A stretch of 64,000 nucleotides of DNA from Trypanosoma brucei (lineage: Eukaryota), in contig CH464491.1 of assembly GCA_000002445.1 (NCBI GenBank), forward strand, positions 4,448,001 through 4,512,000. The letters are read 5' to 3'. The position numbers were made by a program, and so were the translations under genes. The notes under the pieces were generated by a model. That model did no database searches. It was not told the DNA's origin and saw only the letters and a list, made by a program, of their open reading frames with translations. How positions within the stretch are numbered: position 1 is the first letter of the stretch; each line of letters starts with the position of its first letter. Shown here one piece after another: positions 11,665 through 24,922 of this stretch.

Positions 11665-13439
11665 TAGAAGTAACTAAACTAGTACGGTATGCGTCGCTGG
11701 CAAATGTAAACGTTGAATTGTGTGTATAAAAAGATATCTATGTGTATCAAAGGAACAGGAAGCCACGTGAGGCGCCCGCTCCCCTGCAGTCCTTTAACCT
11801 GTATATGTTAATATTTTAATATATATATATATATATAAACTCTTCCGGAAGGGAAAGGAAAAGTAAACAAAAAGGGAGGAAAACGTCGTGAAGGAGCTGG
11901 TGTCATCGGTTTTTTTTTACAGAAGGGAGAGGGCTGACCCTTGACACAAGCGCACGTCCCCACACACATGCACATACTTGCACACACACACACACACTCT
12001 GTCCTCCAACAAATGCCTCATTTTCTCTTTATCATACAAAAAAAAAAACACCTCAGCCGCACCTTAGTGTATCAAAAGGTGTGAAGACATCAACAGAGAA
12101 AACACCGGCAGTGTTCTTCTGAATGGGGTGACGCGGTAAAATGCTGTTGTATACAAACCACCAAAGTCAACGGTCACAGAGTAGGCGGGGCAACGTGAAA
12201 CCCCCGAACATGTGTGGAACCGCCAAAGCTGGTATTCAAATAACGTCGGACATCGAAACGCATATTCGTCTGACGTTCAGTAGTGGTATCACACGCTGAT
12301 CACTACCCTTGAAACGTAGCCACACCCATCAAGTGAGCACCCGCACACCATCACCCACAACAACTCGCATATCACCTTCCCCACTTAGAGGCAGCTGCTT
12401 CCGCAACGATAACGACCATAACGCCAGCATCTAACACTTACGGCAAAAAGGAAAAAAAAAAACGGACACAAACAGCATCCTCCTCGGCAGTCTGCATCTG
12501 CGTCAACATCTCAACTACTGGCAACCCATACTCATCTGTTTGAACTAATTGTACTTGGGTTCGCGCGCGTATGCACTTTCATTTATGGATCACAGCTACC
12601 TTACGTTGGTGAATGCAAGCCCTTACTCGAGTATTTTTCCCATTAGATTATCAATCATGCCGAAGGGTATAGGCCCACCGGCCGCGGTGAATGCCAAAGG
12701 CGAGGAGGGAAATGCACCAACAGAAATGCAGGAATGACATAGCAGAGGGCCGAAGAAGCGCCTTCGTGCGGAAAGCATGCAATCCGAAATGGCCAAAGGC
12801 ACTAATGGAGGCGATAGAAGTGCACGCATTAGAGAGCGTAGGATCAAACGAGTGAGTATAAACAGCAACAGCACCGAGCGAAGAATTAAGAGAACCGCTA
12901 ACAAGCATCATGTGGCGTTGTGTCATGTACCATGCATGCAGTGAGCCAACAGCATTGAAAGTCGAAAAAAAGAATGCCTGATAAACAAAGGGAATGTACC
13001 ACACCATGCGGCCACTCTACACACACACGCACGTACCGTAACGTCGATCTCGTCCCCTATATGCTCTCCCCACGTTGCAAACAACAGTTAATACCGTACA
13101 AGTGGTTGTTCGTACTGGTGGAAGGCATGCTGCCCCTCGCGTGGTTCAGCCAAAGTAGTCGCACAGCAGAAGAAAGAGAATAACGGAGGTCGAGAAAAAG
13201 TGGAAAGTAAGGAGAGATTGTGTACTACAAGTAAAGGATCACACTCTCTGGCTTAGATCACCCTGTGAGTAAATGCCGCGCACCATGAGTCACATAGTAT
13301 TTTCTCACATTCCGCTTTTATAAGCAAAACGCAGAGTGGCAGCTCAACACCACCACTGGGGTCAACCATCCAACGACTAGGAAGCACAAAAAATATACAC
13401 GTAACCTTAATCTCCAAAATTTCTGCGAAAAAAAAAAAC

Positions 13440-15956
13440 TCACTCAAGGGAAAAACTTTCGGTGGTTACAACCAACGCGCAGTGCCTCGTCTTCTGTTTC
13501 CACGACGAAACTGTCGTCACATCCGGAGGAGAATCATCATATCTCTCTCGACACACTCCCTCATCCTCTGTACGTGGGGTTGCTACCGCTAACAACTGTG
13601 ACTGACGAAGACTTGGAATAAATATCTCTTCCGTATCAGAAACCGATGTAACAAAAGAAGCCGACGAAGCCGAGAGCTGCGCTTCTGTGCGCCGCCTCTT
13701 CTTGCCTAGTGGCGGAGAGGACAGACGAGGCGGACTACTGCTGCACCCATTCCGAGGGGTACTACACAAGCTATGCGGAATACCCAACGATGGAGAAGGA
13801 GATAAGGCCATAGGGGTGTTCACTCGACTTGCCACGGCGCTGTAGCATGCGGATGCCTGACCAAAAACAAGGTTGGGCCGCCGCGAGTATATCGACATTA
13901 CGCTCCGTGCCAATAGCACTATTCTCCCGAGGAAATGCTCTTCTTCACCGCACCATGGGGCTTCTGCAACAAGCCGTGTTGCGAAGTCAAAATATGCAGA
14001 AAGTGAGGCAACCTCATCGCGGCGAAGCTTCCGTGAAATCTCTACTTCATTCCACTCTTGCTTAACCACCTTTTCCCCTCGCTCGAGTATCGGCGAAGAA
14101 GTTTTAGTACCGATGACTTCATCCCTGCTCTGCGCGGTGGCAGGCACATCAAAAATCTGGGGCGGCAGCGAGTTCTCCAGCCATGTAAACCACTGACTCA
14201 TGCAAGCCATATTTGACTCAGCGTACTCCTTAAGTTTAAACAACTCCGCGATAACCGGGAGAAGAGGGGCTGCGCACAACATATTCCCCTCATCGAAACC
14301 CCCACAGCAGCACTTCCCGAGAACGCCACTTAGCACACCAACCACCACGCTGTAGGCACCGCTATCAAAGCTAGCAATTTGTTGTACGCACGCAACTACC
14401 TGGCCCCACTCAGAACGAAGACGGCATACATCCCTTTTGTCAGTCACACGTGCAGAGAACTGGAGAAGGGACAGGCATATGACTCGGATGTCTTCCAGGT
14501 GGGACACCCATGCAGTACAACGCACCATGGCTTTAGAGCTGGTGGCGGCACCAGGCCCCTCTGTCAAGTCAGGCGCTGTTACCCACTGCAATATGCTGAG
14601 ACAGTGATCAAGAAGAAACGAGGAAGGTTCCGTATCCACACTGAACCCCACAGTTGCGGAGTCACCCCGCTTTATATCTTCCCAGCTCCACGATGCTGTC
14701 CCATATTCACCCCGCGTCTGAACCGGCAGGTGCGCACCCCCAGTGGTCACTCGATGTATGCCCTCCCGAATTGACGAAATTAAACCAGCCTCAACCATTC
14801 TATCCAGTACGCGGGCACGCATCCTCGGCTCCACAAACGAAACCATGCTGACAAGGGCTGATAACGCACGCAAGGGAAGTTCATGCAACAAGGCGTCGAG
14901 CCCCTGGCGACCGGAAAAAATGTCAGTGACTAACCTCCCCTTTTTTTGGTAGAGAGCCGTCACCATACCTTCGTACTTTGTTGAACAAACAGCGGGCGGC
15001 AGAGCGGCGTCTAAAAGGAATTCTAGCAGGTAGCATTCCTGAAGCGCCCCTACGAAAGGTTTCGTCAGTGAAAACAGCTCCCAGTAAGAGCTATAGCGGC
15101 TTAGCTCGGTGAGGAAATCACGACTCGCCGTACCACCTGGCGCAACCTCAGACTTCCTGGCCTCCATGCAAACGAAGCAAAATAACTTTAAAAGAGCAAC
15201 GTTAGACGTTACCATATTGCGTAACGGCAAAGACTCGTTGGTATACACCAAAAGAGAGCCCACGCATTTGTCAAGCAGCCGCACAAGTTTTTCATTTGGC
15301 TTGGATTGTGGAATACAAGACGATGGGATGTCAGAAGCAGCACGCTGCGCAGGTACAGTCACGGTACCTTTGCCTCGGCTACCCGTGGCGCGAGTTGAAG
15401 ACGACAGGGAACGTGAAGAATTGTTTCGGTTGCCCGACGTAATCTTCGGCAAACCACCAGTGTACCTCCAAGTTAGTGCGTATCCATGACAAAGGAGCTT
15501 CAGTGTTTCCGCTGCGGCCTTCCTACTTCGTAAGAGCGCTTTCCCATCAAAATCCTGCACAGTGTCTGAAAACTGCTGACACGTAATGGGAGAGTCCAAA
15601 TCCACGACAGAGGCCGTGGGTGGCACCAACACCTGTCCACATACGGCAAGCCCAGATTGTTGCCCACATTGTACATCCCGATTAAAAGAAATGCAAGTGA
15701 CCTCCGCATCACCACAGTCATTCTGCGGATCATCCCACTGAGGCAAAGACGCATGCGCCGAGCGTGTTGGCGATTGGGTCGGTGATTGCGGTGGTGAGCC
15801 CCCAGGTGGAGGATGCTCCATGAACCCAACGTCCTCCTCTGTGAATTCCGGCTGAGAGGCAATCAAACGTGCATGAAGCCTCTGCAACGCAGTCTGTACA
15901 ATAACCTCACCTTCAATACAGTTATCCAAGGCGCCACTGATGCTCCCTGTCCACAT
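13440..15956 (-). CDS. Conserved hypothetical protein (838 aa) with a C-terminal basic KKRRR patch.
   Basis: Long uninterrupted minus-strand ORF with no recognisable catalytic motifs. Confidence 0.5.
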   Translation of the reverse strand: MWTGSISGALDNCIEGEVIVQTALQRLHARLIASQPEFTEEDVGFMEHPPPGGSPPQSPTQSPTRSAHASLPQWDDPQNDCGDAEVTCISFNRDVQCGQQSGLAVCGQVLVPPTASVVDLDSPITCQQFSDTVQDFDGKALLRSRKAAAETLKLLCHGYALTWRYTGGLPKITSGNRNNSSRSLSSSTRATGSRGKGTVTVPAQRAASDIPSSCIPQSKPNEKLVRLLDKCVGSLLVYTNESLPLRNMVTSNVALLKLFCFVCMEARKSEVAPGGTASRDFLTELSRYSSYWELFSLTKPFVGALQECYLLEFLLDAALPPAVCSTKYEGMVTALYQKKGRLVTDIFSGRQGLDALLHELPLRALSALVSMVSFVEPRMRARVLDRMVEAGLISSIREGIHRVTTGGAHLPVQTRGEYGTASWSWEDIKRGDSATVGFSVDTEPSSFLLDHCLSILQWVTAPDLTEGPGAATSSKAMVRCTAWVSHLEDIRVICLSLLQFSARVTDKRDVCRLRSEWGQVVACVQQIASFDSGAYSVVVGVLSGVLGKCCCGGFDEGNMLCAAPLLPVIAELFKLKEYAESNMACMSQWFTWLENSLPPQIFDVPATAQSRDEVIGTKTSSPILERGEKVVKQEWNEVEISRKLRRDEVASLSAYFDFATRLVAEAPWCGEEEHFLGRIVLLARSVMSIYSRRPNLVFGQASACYSAVASRVNTPMALSPSPSLGIPHSLCSTPRNGCSSSPPRLSSPPLGKKRRRTEAQLSASSASFVTSVSDTEEIFIPSLRQSQLLAVATPRTEDEGVCRERYDDSPPDVTTVSSWKQKTRHCALVVTTESFSLE

Positions 15957-18684
15957 TAATCAACGATATATTTCGAATACTGCCACTAGTATGTATATAA
16001 ATATATATTTATTTAATATGTATGTGTGTGTGTGTGTACGTGTTTCCTCGCCTGCACTTGCGTTTGTGTGCTCGGTTCCTGTGGCCCTCCTTAGGGGGAA
16101 AAAATCAAAAAGGCAGGCGATACGCCAAACACCTTCAGCGCACAGCAGTTTATAAGGAACAAAACAACAACAAAAAAAAAAAAAAGAAACACAGTTGTGG
16201 AGCAGAGGAAAGCAAAAGCATGGACAGTGAACAGACGCATTCATCCAACTGGAGCCCAGTCGGTAGACACCGCACTGGCAAAGGCAGCGAACAGGTAAAA
16301 AAAGAGTAGTAATTGCCGTGAACGTATGCACTCGAGTGGGAACTGAGAAAGCAAAATGATGCGGCAGTGGGGCGAGGGTGAGGGACGCCCCCCCCCCCTT
16401 CAAAAAAAAAAGGGTGATGAAGCAGCGGCAATCGCAGAGATATTAGCAAAAATGAAAAAAACATGAAGGAGAACGGACTCACAATAATCGAGCCAAAGCC
16501 GGTGTGTGGGCGTGTGGGCGTGTGGGGAGGGGGAGGAGGAGGAGGAGGAACAGCACCGACGCACGTGCAACACGCAATTCCGGACTCCCCCGCCTTCAAA
16601 AGCACAGCTCCACCAAAGTGACGCCCTCATATCACGTAAGCACATCATGATACAACGTAGGTACCGTCCTATAAGCCGAACAAAAACTGGGAAAGTAAAC
16701 GCTATTGAGAGAATCTTGTGTCTCCTGGCCACGGCAGAACACACACACGTACACACACACATACATGCATACATGCATACATGCATACATACATGCCTCC
16801 CCTTACATGTAATAAAAAAAAGCAGAAGGGAGTTCGCCTCACACTCAACTGTGGCTTAAAATGTGTTGTGGGTTTTCAGTTCATTCCCCTCCACACGATG
16901 CGGTGTCATGGGGGAGGGGAAAAAAAAAGCGAGCCTTTCGCAGAGCGTCACGCAAACACGGCTCTTCCCGTACACGTTGACGAGCCGCGTCGCCGCGTTC
17001 GACCGCTAAAAGTTATCATTTCTGCCGTTGCCTCATTTTTAGTGCACAGCACTCTCCTTAGTGTGTAGCGTGCAGAGAAAGAGAAAAAAAGGAATAAGTG
17101 AGAAGATAGTCTCAGCGACAGTGGAAGGGAACAACCGACGGGGAGTTTTAAAAATATTTTTAAGGGCATCAGCGACCAATGTTCAAACAAGCGTTGGTTA
17201 ACACACAAGTCTGACAAGTGAAAGGGGAGGGATAAAATTGAAAAAGACGAGGAGGTGAAGTAAAAGGGGAAGTGGCAAGCATGTCAGCACACCAGCATGA
17301 TATATGTATATATAACAAAACAAAAAGAAAAAAATCAGCATCGTCGAGGTCATTCTCGAACCGCGGTCGTGTCGAGAAGGTACTCAAATAAGCTGAGATA
17401 ACGGGACGAAGTACGAATGTACGGAACAATGGAAACAAAAGCATCCATTCCTCGTACTCATGCGATGCGCGGCTCGCAGTTGCCAATATCGAACACCTGA
17501 ACGAAACATATACCAATGAACAAGAAAAAAAAAAAAGAAGGATTAGGGGGAAAGAGGAAAGGGGAAAGGAAAGGCACTGGAGGGAAAGCAAAAGTTGCCC
17601 TCACCCCTCCTTGCACACCTCATAAAATACCTCCTCCTCCGTCTACGCTCAACCTGATCCACGTAACTCTGAATGAGACGAAAGAGTCCACACAAATATT
17701 TTTTCCCCCCGTCTTTTTTTCTGTCTTACCCAAAATAATAATAGTAATAATGATAACGACAATAATAGGCAACAACCACCCGCCCTTGTAAGAGGAAAAA
17801 GTGGAAACAAATGCGTAACCATCCATGGCACCATATATGCCACCAAATGGGCGATTGCTCATTTGAATGGAAAATGAAAACGAGAGCTGCGTTTGGGACA
17901 AGAGAAAGAGAAAAAGCATGTAAATACACTTAGACTCCTTCACTTTCCGTTTTTTCTCCTATCGTTTCCCAAACAAGCATCATCATACGCATAGCTCTTA
18001 TTTTCGTTCTTTTCAGTAAAATATTTCTGTCACTTACAAAGACGGTGGGCACCATTCCCTCTCTAGCACGTCATACATTCTGCGTTAGAAGAAGGAAAGC
18101 GAAATGGTATTCTCCTCAATACTTTTTTATTCCTTACCTCCCACTCTCCAACCTAATAACAACACAAAAGTGCAAACTCTTATGCACTTTTTTTTTCCTT
18201 TCCTTCTTTTTTTGTTTCGGGAGGGGGGGAGTTCTTCTCTCTCACTCTCCCTTCTTCTTCTCTCTACAGCATTCCTCTCCTATGCTAGGTGGTTTGCTCG
18301 CCTCTGTCGTCACATGACCCAAGCCCATTCTTTTTACTCCCCCTCCCCTAACTTCTGACTTGGCTTTTACTTTTCGGGTTCCATTACGCTCTCTCCTCCC
18401 CGCCGCAGATGATACACACAAACCAACCCCCCTCCCCCACTTTCCCTCCTCTTCTGCACATATTTTATATTACTTCCTCCTTTTCCCAGTTCCCCTCACC
18501 AGAGTTAAATACCTCTTTGTGTGTTAGCCTTCTCTTACCACCTCTCCCTTCCCAGGCAACAAGAAAGCCGAACAACAACTCACACTGATATATCCCTCAA
18601 CTACACAAGTAAATACGGAGAATAGGAGAAGGTGACTGACGAAGTCGTTCCAAATGTTCCCCTCCAAATCAACCGATTTTTCTG

Positions 18685-19596
18685 TTACAAGAAATAATCC
18701 GGCACAGTAGGCTTGGACGACTCCCGTGCATCATCCGGAGCGGCCTCAAAAAGTTTAAAATTTTTGTTGAGGTGTTCGTCTAACTCTAGAATCGAGGCGA
18801 CATTCATGCAGCGATAGCAATAGTTCGGCGCCGACCAGACAGTCACAAGCGCATCGTTGAACATTACCTTGTAACCTTCCATCACAAGCTGGTGCGAACG
18901 GCACAGAAGGTCCAGTTTATTCGATTCAAGGAAAGTACGTACGACATCCTCGCCGTAGAGGTATCCAGCGCCGCGCGGGCTTAGGCCCCACCCTTCAATT
19001 TCCTCAGGATCTGACCATAAGAGATCACACATGGCCCCTTCATGCGGTACCTCACACCGGCGCTCGATAGCCTCCATTTGACTTACAGTGGAAATCATTG
19101 GCGAAAGCCCAGCGTGCACACACAGTATCTTTTCCTCGACAACACACACGAGAGGAAGGAGATCAAATACATCTGTGCAGTAGCGCCACACGTTTACACT
19201 TCCGTACTTACGAAGGCACTCGTCGTAGAAACCGTAGACTTGGGTGATTTGGCGGGACTCGTGATTGCCGCGAAGGAGTGCTACGCGACTGGTATACTTC
19301 ACCTTAAGGGCAAGCAGTAAGAGAAATGTCTCCACACCATGGTGGCCGCGATCGACGTAGTCGCCCATAAATACATAATTGACGTCAGGAACATCACCTC
19401 CCACACGAAACATCTCAATAAGATCAAAGAATTGAGCATGAATGTCACCCACGATCGTACACGGTGCGCGAATAACATGCGTGTTTGATTCCCCATCAAG
19501 AATACTGCGCGCCTTATTACACAACTTCATAACCTCAGATTCCCGGGGGCATACCCCCTTCCCGACAGTTTCCAGGAACTGGTCTATCGTGTCCAT
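18685..19596 (-). CDS. PPP-family Ser/Thr protein phosphatase catalytic subunit (PP2A/PP4/PP6-like).
   Basis: [37 protein letters not shown], a SAPNY motif, and a C-terminal PDYFL tail typical of PP2A-type catalytic subunits. The size, 303 aa, fits. Confidence 0.85.
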   Translation of the reverse strand: MDTIDQFLETVGKGVCPRESEVMKLCNKARSILDGESNTHVIRAPCTIVGDIHAQFFDLIEMFRVGGDVPDVNYVFMGDYVDRGHHGVETFLLLLALKVKYTSRVALLRGNHESRQITQVYGFYDECLRKYGSVNVWRYCTDVFDLLPLVCVVEEKILCVHAGLSPMISTVSQMEAIERRCEVPHEGAMCDLLWSDPEEIEGWGLSPRGAGYLYGEDVVRTFLESNKLDLLCRSHQLVMEGYKVMFNDALVTVWSAPNYCYRCMNVASILELDEHLNKNFKLFEAAPDDARESSKPTVPDYFL

Positions 19597-20207
19597 GAGG
19601 GGCTGCTCTAAGAACAGTGGCGCAAACTACAAAACCTTCTTCAAAATGAAAAAATGAGTGCGGCAGCGTAAGCAGTCAAACAGCGAGGCAAATATGAATA
19701 TATGCACACATACGAAGAAAAGAAAAAGAACGCTTCCGTCAGTGCAAACAGTGATAAAGGCAACAAAGCATACGATGACCGAGTAGCTTGGAAAAGGCAC
19801 CTGCACGTGCAGGTGGAAACATAAAGTTGCGCGCTAACGTAGATGTTGACTCAAACGTTATATGCAAGTCCGAAAAAAAAAATCTGAGAGGGGAGGTAAG
19901 GCAATAAATATACTCATAGAGAACCACATACAACCCACTTGGATGTCAAGAAGATATGGTTTACCCCCGCGGCACATCTCAAGGCTTTCCTCGAGAAAAG
20001 TGGGTGAACAGGTAAAGGAGGGAAAGAGACAGAAATAAAATAATAATAAGGTGGCTACAAAAGAGAAAGTATGAGCAATCGAAACCGGTCGGCAAATGCA
20101 AATGATGAAAAACACACCTTACAGTGCCTTTACTTTACCGTGGCGGCGCGCGTCCACATGTGCGCTCGAGTGTTCACGTCTAAAGACACAAGGAGATACA
20201 ACCGCAC

Positions 20208-21134
20208 CTATCTACTTCGGTCATAGTTTCCCAGGGCGTCGGCTAAGATGGCAGCTTCCATAACACCATCGCCATCGACGATCCCCTTCTCAACAAAGTC
20301 TCTATAGTTAAAGTTCGAATACTTCCCAATGAGTTTCTCCATCTCACATGTATACGATTTTTCATTCTGCTTCCCTACAAAGTCCAGTCGACTACTCTGA
20401 GCGGGGGGCTGTGCTCTCAACTGCATGCTCTCCGCAGTCGGTGGGGCGCTGTCGTGGCGTGTACGGAAATCGTTCAACATGCTTCGTTTTATTGATGACA
20501 AACCCGAACTGGGATTTGCTCCGCTCTTGCCGGGGTCCCCGCTCCTCACGCGGCCAATACCAGAATTCGTTGCCTCCTGCTGCTTCATTTCTAGGCGTTG
20601 CATCAACTCTGCAGTGGTTAAATGGCGCATGGCTGACGCAGCAGACGCACGCTGAGACCCCTCTTCCTTTGCACGAGCACGCATTCGCTCGTACTCGGCC
20701 TTAAAGTCAGGATTTTGAGCGTCATACTCAGCTCGGCGGCGCATCTCCTCCTCACGCTGTTTCTCGAATTCACTCCGGTTCCTCATCTTCTCTTCATCCT
20801 CCTTGCGCTTCCGCTCCACAAACAGGCGGAGCTCCTCCGCTGACAGCTCGACATTGGGATCCATCATCGGATCATATTTCCGCGCCTGTCCCTCAATGTG
20901 GGTGCGAAGGCGCTGGTTATCATACATTTCACGCTGCGTGGGATCGGAAAGTATGCTGTGCGCGAAGCTGACCTCCTTGAAGACCTCTACACCCTCAGGA
21001 TTCTTATCGGGGTGGTATACAACCGCAAGCTTGTAGTACGCACGGCGGATTTCTGCGTCTGTTGCGGTCCTCGGGACACCGAGCACCTCGTAAAGGGCGG
21101 TATTGCCAATCAGCTCAAACACATCTGACCCCAT
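20208..21134 (-). CDS. DnaJ (J-domain) protein with a charged coiled-coil middle region. The probable start is MGSDVFEL at 21134; the ORF extends upstream to 21332.
   Basis: J-domain: [59 protein letters not shown]. An ATG (cat on the plus strand) lies at 21132-21134. Confidence 0.75.
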   Translation of the reverse strand: MGSDVFELIGNTALYEVLGVPRTATDAEIRRAYYKLAVVYHPDKNPEGVEVFKEVSFAHSILSDPTQREMYDNQRLRTHIEGQARKYDPMMDPNVELSAEELRLFVERKRKEDEEKMRNRSEFEKQREEEMRRRAEYDAQNPDFKAEYERMRARAKEEGSQRASAASAMRHLTTAELMQRLEMKQQEATNSGIGRVRSGDPGKSGANPSSGLSSIKRSMLNDFRTRHDSAPPTAESMQLRAQPPAQSSRLDFVGKQNEKSYTCEMEKLIGKYSNFNYRDFVEKGIVDGDGVMEAAILADALGNYDRSR

Positions 21135-21661
21135 TTGAAAGTAGCCGGTCCACACCACAAAATGTATAGTTGGGCAACAATGCGGCAGTATAATATGTGC
21201 ACGAAGGTAATATCCTTCCCCCCTCGCAGTGTAAAACTTAATCCGGACCCTTTCTGTATTCTCAGCCTTTTTTTTTCTTCTTTGTGCCGTTTCCCCTTGC
21301 CCTATTGCAACAACGACAGACACCCAACTCAAACGAAACGTTACCTAGCTCACAGCCCCTAACGTCGCACACCTAATGAACAGCGTGTAAAGCAAGTAAA
21401 ATCGAGCAGGGAAATCAACCTAAAACACAAACAGCAGGGATTTAAGTAGAAACGCTCTTAAGAGTACAAATGTATGTGCGGCATTGGCGAAAATTATTCT
21501 TGTAACGAAAACTTTTGACTTAACTCGCTGCCTGGTATGCTCTCTGTTACTACAATCATCTTTTCCCACGCACCAAAAGCAAGACCCGTCAAGTAGAGGG
21601 GGGGGAGAAATGCTTTGGCTTTGATGAGCCAAGGACCTTGGCCCAACACAACCTACGCCTC

Positions 21662-23650
21662 TTACGCAGCCCAGAAACCGGTCTTCTTCGTCGACCGTCC
21701 ACGGTTCTTCATGGTACGCGCGGAGTAACTCTGACCACCGAAGCCTGTACGCTTTAGGCCCTTCAGAACTTCCATGCCACCTGCGTGGGCCCGACTACGT
21801 GTAACCCCAAAGACGGCGCTTCGTGCCTGTTGGCCCGCACCGGCGAGCCAGGGGCACATGTAACCCTCAGCCTGCATGTGAAGTGAGCGCTGCTTCCGCC
21901 CACAGGCAACATACCTTTTGAGTACCTTATCGAGAGCGCATCGCCGCATGCTCTTTTCCCGGGGGCGGCGTAGCGACCTTCCTTTATTTTCCAGTGTGTC
22001 TTCACTTCCTGTAGCCTCCAAGAACGTTCCACTCCCAGTTGCGTCCCCAGTCAAAAACTCCTCGTAAGCGTTGGCTCCCGAATGCTGAGCAAACGCTGCA
22101 AAGGACCCCGCCTGACCAGCGGCCAGCTGAACCACCGAGGGAGGCACCATGCTTTTAGGTATACACACGCCGTTAATGGTTCTAATAGTTTCCATATGCG
22201 CACCAAAGCGGGAAGGGGAGAAGGGTGGAGCGCCTGGTGCATCTCCCCCCAAAGAGCCCGTGGGTTTACAAGAAAGATGCTCGGAGCTCTTGTGTTTTAT
22301 TGTCGGTGAAGGGCAAGGGGAAACTGGTTGAACTCTGTTGACTGCTTCTTCCTGCTGCAAATCAGTGTGACCGACTCTGGAAGTGCGCAGAAGTCCCTCT
22401 CGAATCGAGGGATGCTCGTGGAAACACTGTGGCATTTTTGTCGGTGAAACGGCAACGACTCCGAGAGGCACCCCCTCTAACAAAGAGGAGTCCGGTATGG
22501 TTCCTTCTGCAGCTATCGTTAGCCTCGCCAACAACGGGGAGTGCGCAACGATGGTACCTTCATCTATGTCTATCCCCTTGCTGCCACCATCGTCACCAAT
22601 GAGGTTAGCACCTAATTTTTCCTTGGTGGAGAGTCGCATGGCCATGGGTGAGGTGGTCAGGTGCCTTGACTTGGCCTCCTGGTGTAGAGAAACGAAGTGT
22701 TGCAATGATAAGTTGTCATCCTGGGGGACGATGAAAGACTCCACCGGGTAACGCTCCTCCACTGCACGCACTTCATCAAAGGTGGGTGGCGCATAGCTCA
22801 GCTCTTTAAGCCCATTGTAACTCAGATCTTCGACACGAACAAGATCTGTCGTGCAGTAGTGGGTAATATCATGTTGCAAGGCTGTCATGTTAATGCACCT
22901 TTCCGGTCGACTTGAATCAGCTCTCACACCCAAGACAGGAACGTCCTCCGTGCCCAAAAAATTGTAGATGCTTTCCACTTGGCGTCGGAGTGCAGCACCG
23001 TCACCGCCAAAGTAGTCAAGCTTGCTGATAATGATGGAGAATGGTATTTGCTCATTCCGCAGAAACACAAATATTTCCTCGTCCCGGGGTTGCACAGGCT
23101 TTGTGGCCTCCATTACCCAATACACTCGCTTTAGTGGTCCCTTCGAACGCAGCGCTAAGTAACGGAACAGAATTGCGAAGGCACTCGCACGTTCGGCCAC
23201 ACTCTGTGGGAGATGTCGACCTTTCCATCCACCGTAACCAGGGGTGTCAACAAGCAATAAGGCGTCACCCACGTTGAAGAACTGCAGCAACCGCGTGGTT
23301 CCACGCACTCTTCCGGCACGACCCAGTCTCGGGTTGCGTAAAAGGCAGGAAATGATGGATGACTTCCCCACGTTGGGTTTTCCGATAAAACAAACCTCCG
23401 GAAACGAATGTAGGCCCTCAGGTAAGGCGGAGACGACATCAACATTCTTAAGGTGCATGTTGCCCCTAGAAAATACTTCATCACTGAGCTTCGCCACTAA
23501 CTCATCCTGTGGCGACATTAAATGGGGCGGGTCGTTACCCCACGGCTTCTGACGTGACGAGGCAGGCGTGAGCTGCCGCCGTGCTTGTCCAATCCCGCTG
23601 CAGCACAAGAGACGTGTACATATGCACATCGCTGTGCCAGTTGAGCGCAC
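21662..23650 (-). CDS. EngB/YihA-like GTP-binding protein (putative organellar ribosome-biogenesis GTPase) with long extensions.
   Basis: G1 GKPNVGKSS, G3 DTPGYG, G4 SKLD. The N-terminus is presequence-like, and the C-terminal tail is Arg/Lys-rich. Confidence 0.6.
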   Translation of the reverse strand: MRSTGTAMCICTRLLCCSGIGQARRQLTPASSRQKPWGNDPPHLMSPQDELVAKLSDEVFSRGNMHLKNVDVVSALPEGLHSFPEVCFIGKPNVGKSSIISCLLRNPRLGRAGRVRGTTRLLQFFNVGDALLLVDTPGYGGWKGRHLPQSVAERASAFAILFRYLALRSKGPLKRVYWVMEATKPVQPRDEEIFVFLRNEQIPFSIIISKLDYFGGDGAALRRQVESIYNFLGTEDVPVLGVRADSSRPERCINMTALQHDITHYCTTDLVRVEDLSYNGLKELSYAPPTFDEVRAVEERYPVESFIVPQDDNLSLQHFVSLHQEAKSRHLTTSPMAMRLSTKEKLGANLIGDDGGSKGIDIDEGTIVAHSPLLARLTIAAEGTIPDSSLLEGVPLGVVAVSPTKMPQCFHEHPSIREGLLRTSRVGHTDLQQEEAVNRVQPVSPCPSPTIKHKSSEHLSCKPTGSLGGDAPGAPPFSPSRFGAHMETIRTINGVCIPKSMVPPSVVQLAAGQAGSFAAFAQHSGANAYEEFLTGDATGSGTFLEATGSEDTLENKGRSLRRPREKSMRRCALDKVLKRYVACGRKQRSLHMQAEGYMCPWLAGAGQQARSAVFGVTRSRAHAGGMEVLKGLKRTGFGGQSYSARTMKNRGRSTKKTGFWAA

Positions 23651-24922
23651 ACGAGAATCAACCAGAACAAGCGGTGGTTAGTTGTGTCTGCGCGCAGAAA
23701 ACACAAGGAAACGAAAGTGATTTCCTGTACCTGCTGGTCAGACCCGAAGAAGAAAACATTCTGGCGCATATTCCGAATAAGTTGGTTGAGAAGAAACATA
23801 AAAAGGGGGGAAAAGAAAAAAAAAGTTGAAGAACACAAACATTCAGAGTAGGTTAAGGTCAGGGGGAAAACGGACAGTAACAGAAGCAAAGCACAACTAA
23901 AGAAGAATAGGTGCAGTTAGTGTTCTCCCTTCCGTGTGGAGAAAGAAAACGAATATTGCTGGAGGGTCAGACTACTGAAATACATGCAACCCCTTTCCTT
24001 TACTACAAAACAGTCTTATTTGTCTCTTTTTTTTTCCTCTTTTCGCGTAACTACCAATTGGGTGGACATCCCTCACGCAACCCCCTCTCTTTTTGTTCAT
24101 GCTTTCAGCATTGTTTTCCTCTGTATGTTGTTTTTTGTTTTTGCCGTTGCTGCGTTTTCTTTCCGATGCCGACCACAATTTACCTTTTTCTCTCTTAAAT
24201 GATTTCTTCAGGGCATACATTTTATACACACGTGTGCGTATACTTCTCATTCCCTTTCCTACCCCCATCGTCGGTGATGAGCCCATTTTTCTTGTGCGTT
24301 TGATACAGTTAGGTGCACGATCTATACACAAAGCTCACCACGAAGGGGTTCTCACTCAACATTTCTTTACTGATTTCTCTTGAACTTATCCTTGTTTCTC
24401 CTTCACTCTGTCTTGTTTTTGTTCGTGTATACCAGAAATAACCTTCCCCCTATCACCTCGCAAATTTATTTCTACATATATTGTCGAAGACAATGATAAT
24501 ATGGAGCGCACACACAAGCCACACTTCCCACATGCAGCATCGCTCCTTGTCAAATGCCGTTTGTACCCTGGAAATAAATGGGATGCTTTGTTTTTTTACT
24601 ATTTTAAAGAAAAAACAGACGATCTTTCCAGCGCAGCTCCTCACTCATCATATCCCAATATGATGTTGCCACCGAAGATGACGGAGTATACAGTCCTTTG
24701 CATCCACGCTTCTGGCATATGCACCCCAGCCTGCTGCAGCACTCATACGCCTCTAAAGCATGGAACCCTGAATAAACAACCGGCCTCACTGCAACATCCA
24801 TTAACCACTTCTCCATCTATCGATGTTACCTCTCACTACCCAACGCAACGACTTCCGGAACCACCCCGATGCACTATCATCATCCTCTCCCCTCCGCCAC
24901 AAAAGTTGTGCGCAGCGGGAGG

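Noticed and set aside
16000-18650. Many 90-150 aa ORFs in a CA/GA-rich low-complexity stretch (e.g. 15960-16403, 16150-16605, 17169-17591).
   Set aside because: They are homopolymer or dinucleotide-rich intergenic sequence (polypyrimidine on the transcribed minus strand). The translations are low-complexity, so they were read as UTR/intergenic, not genes.
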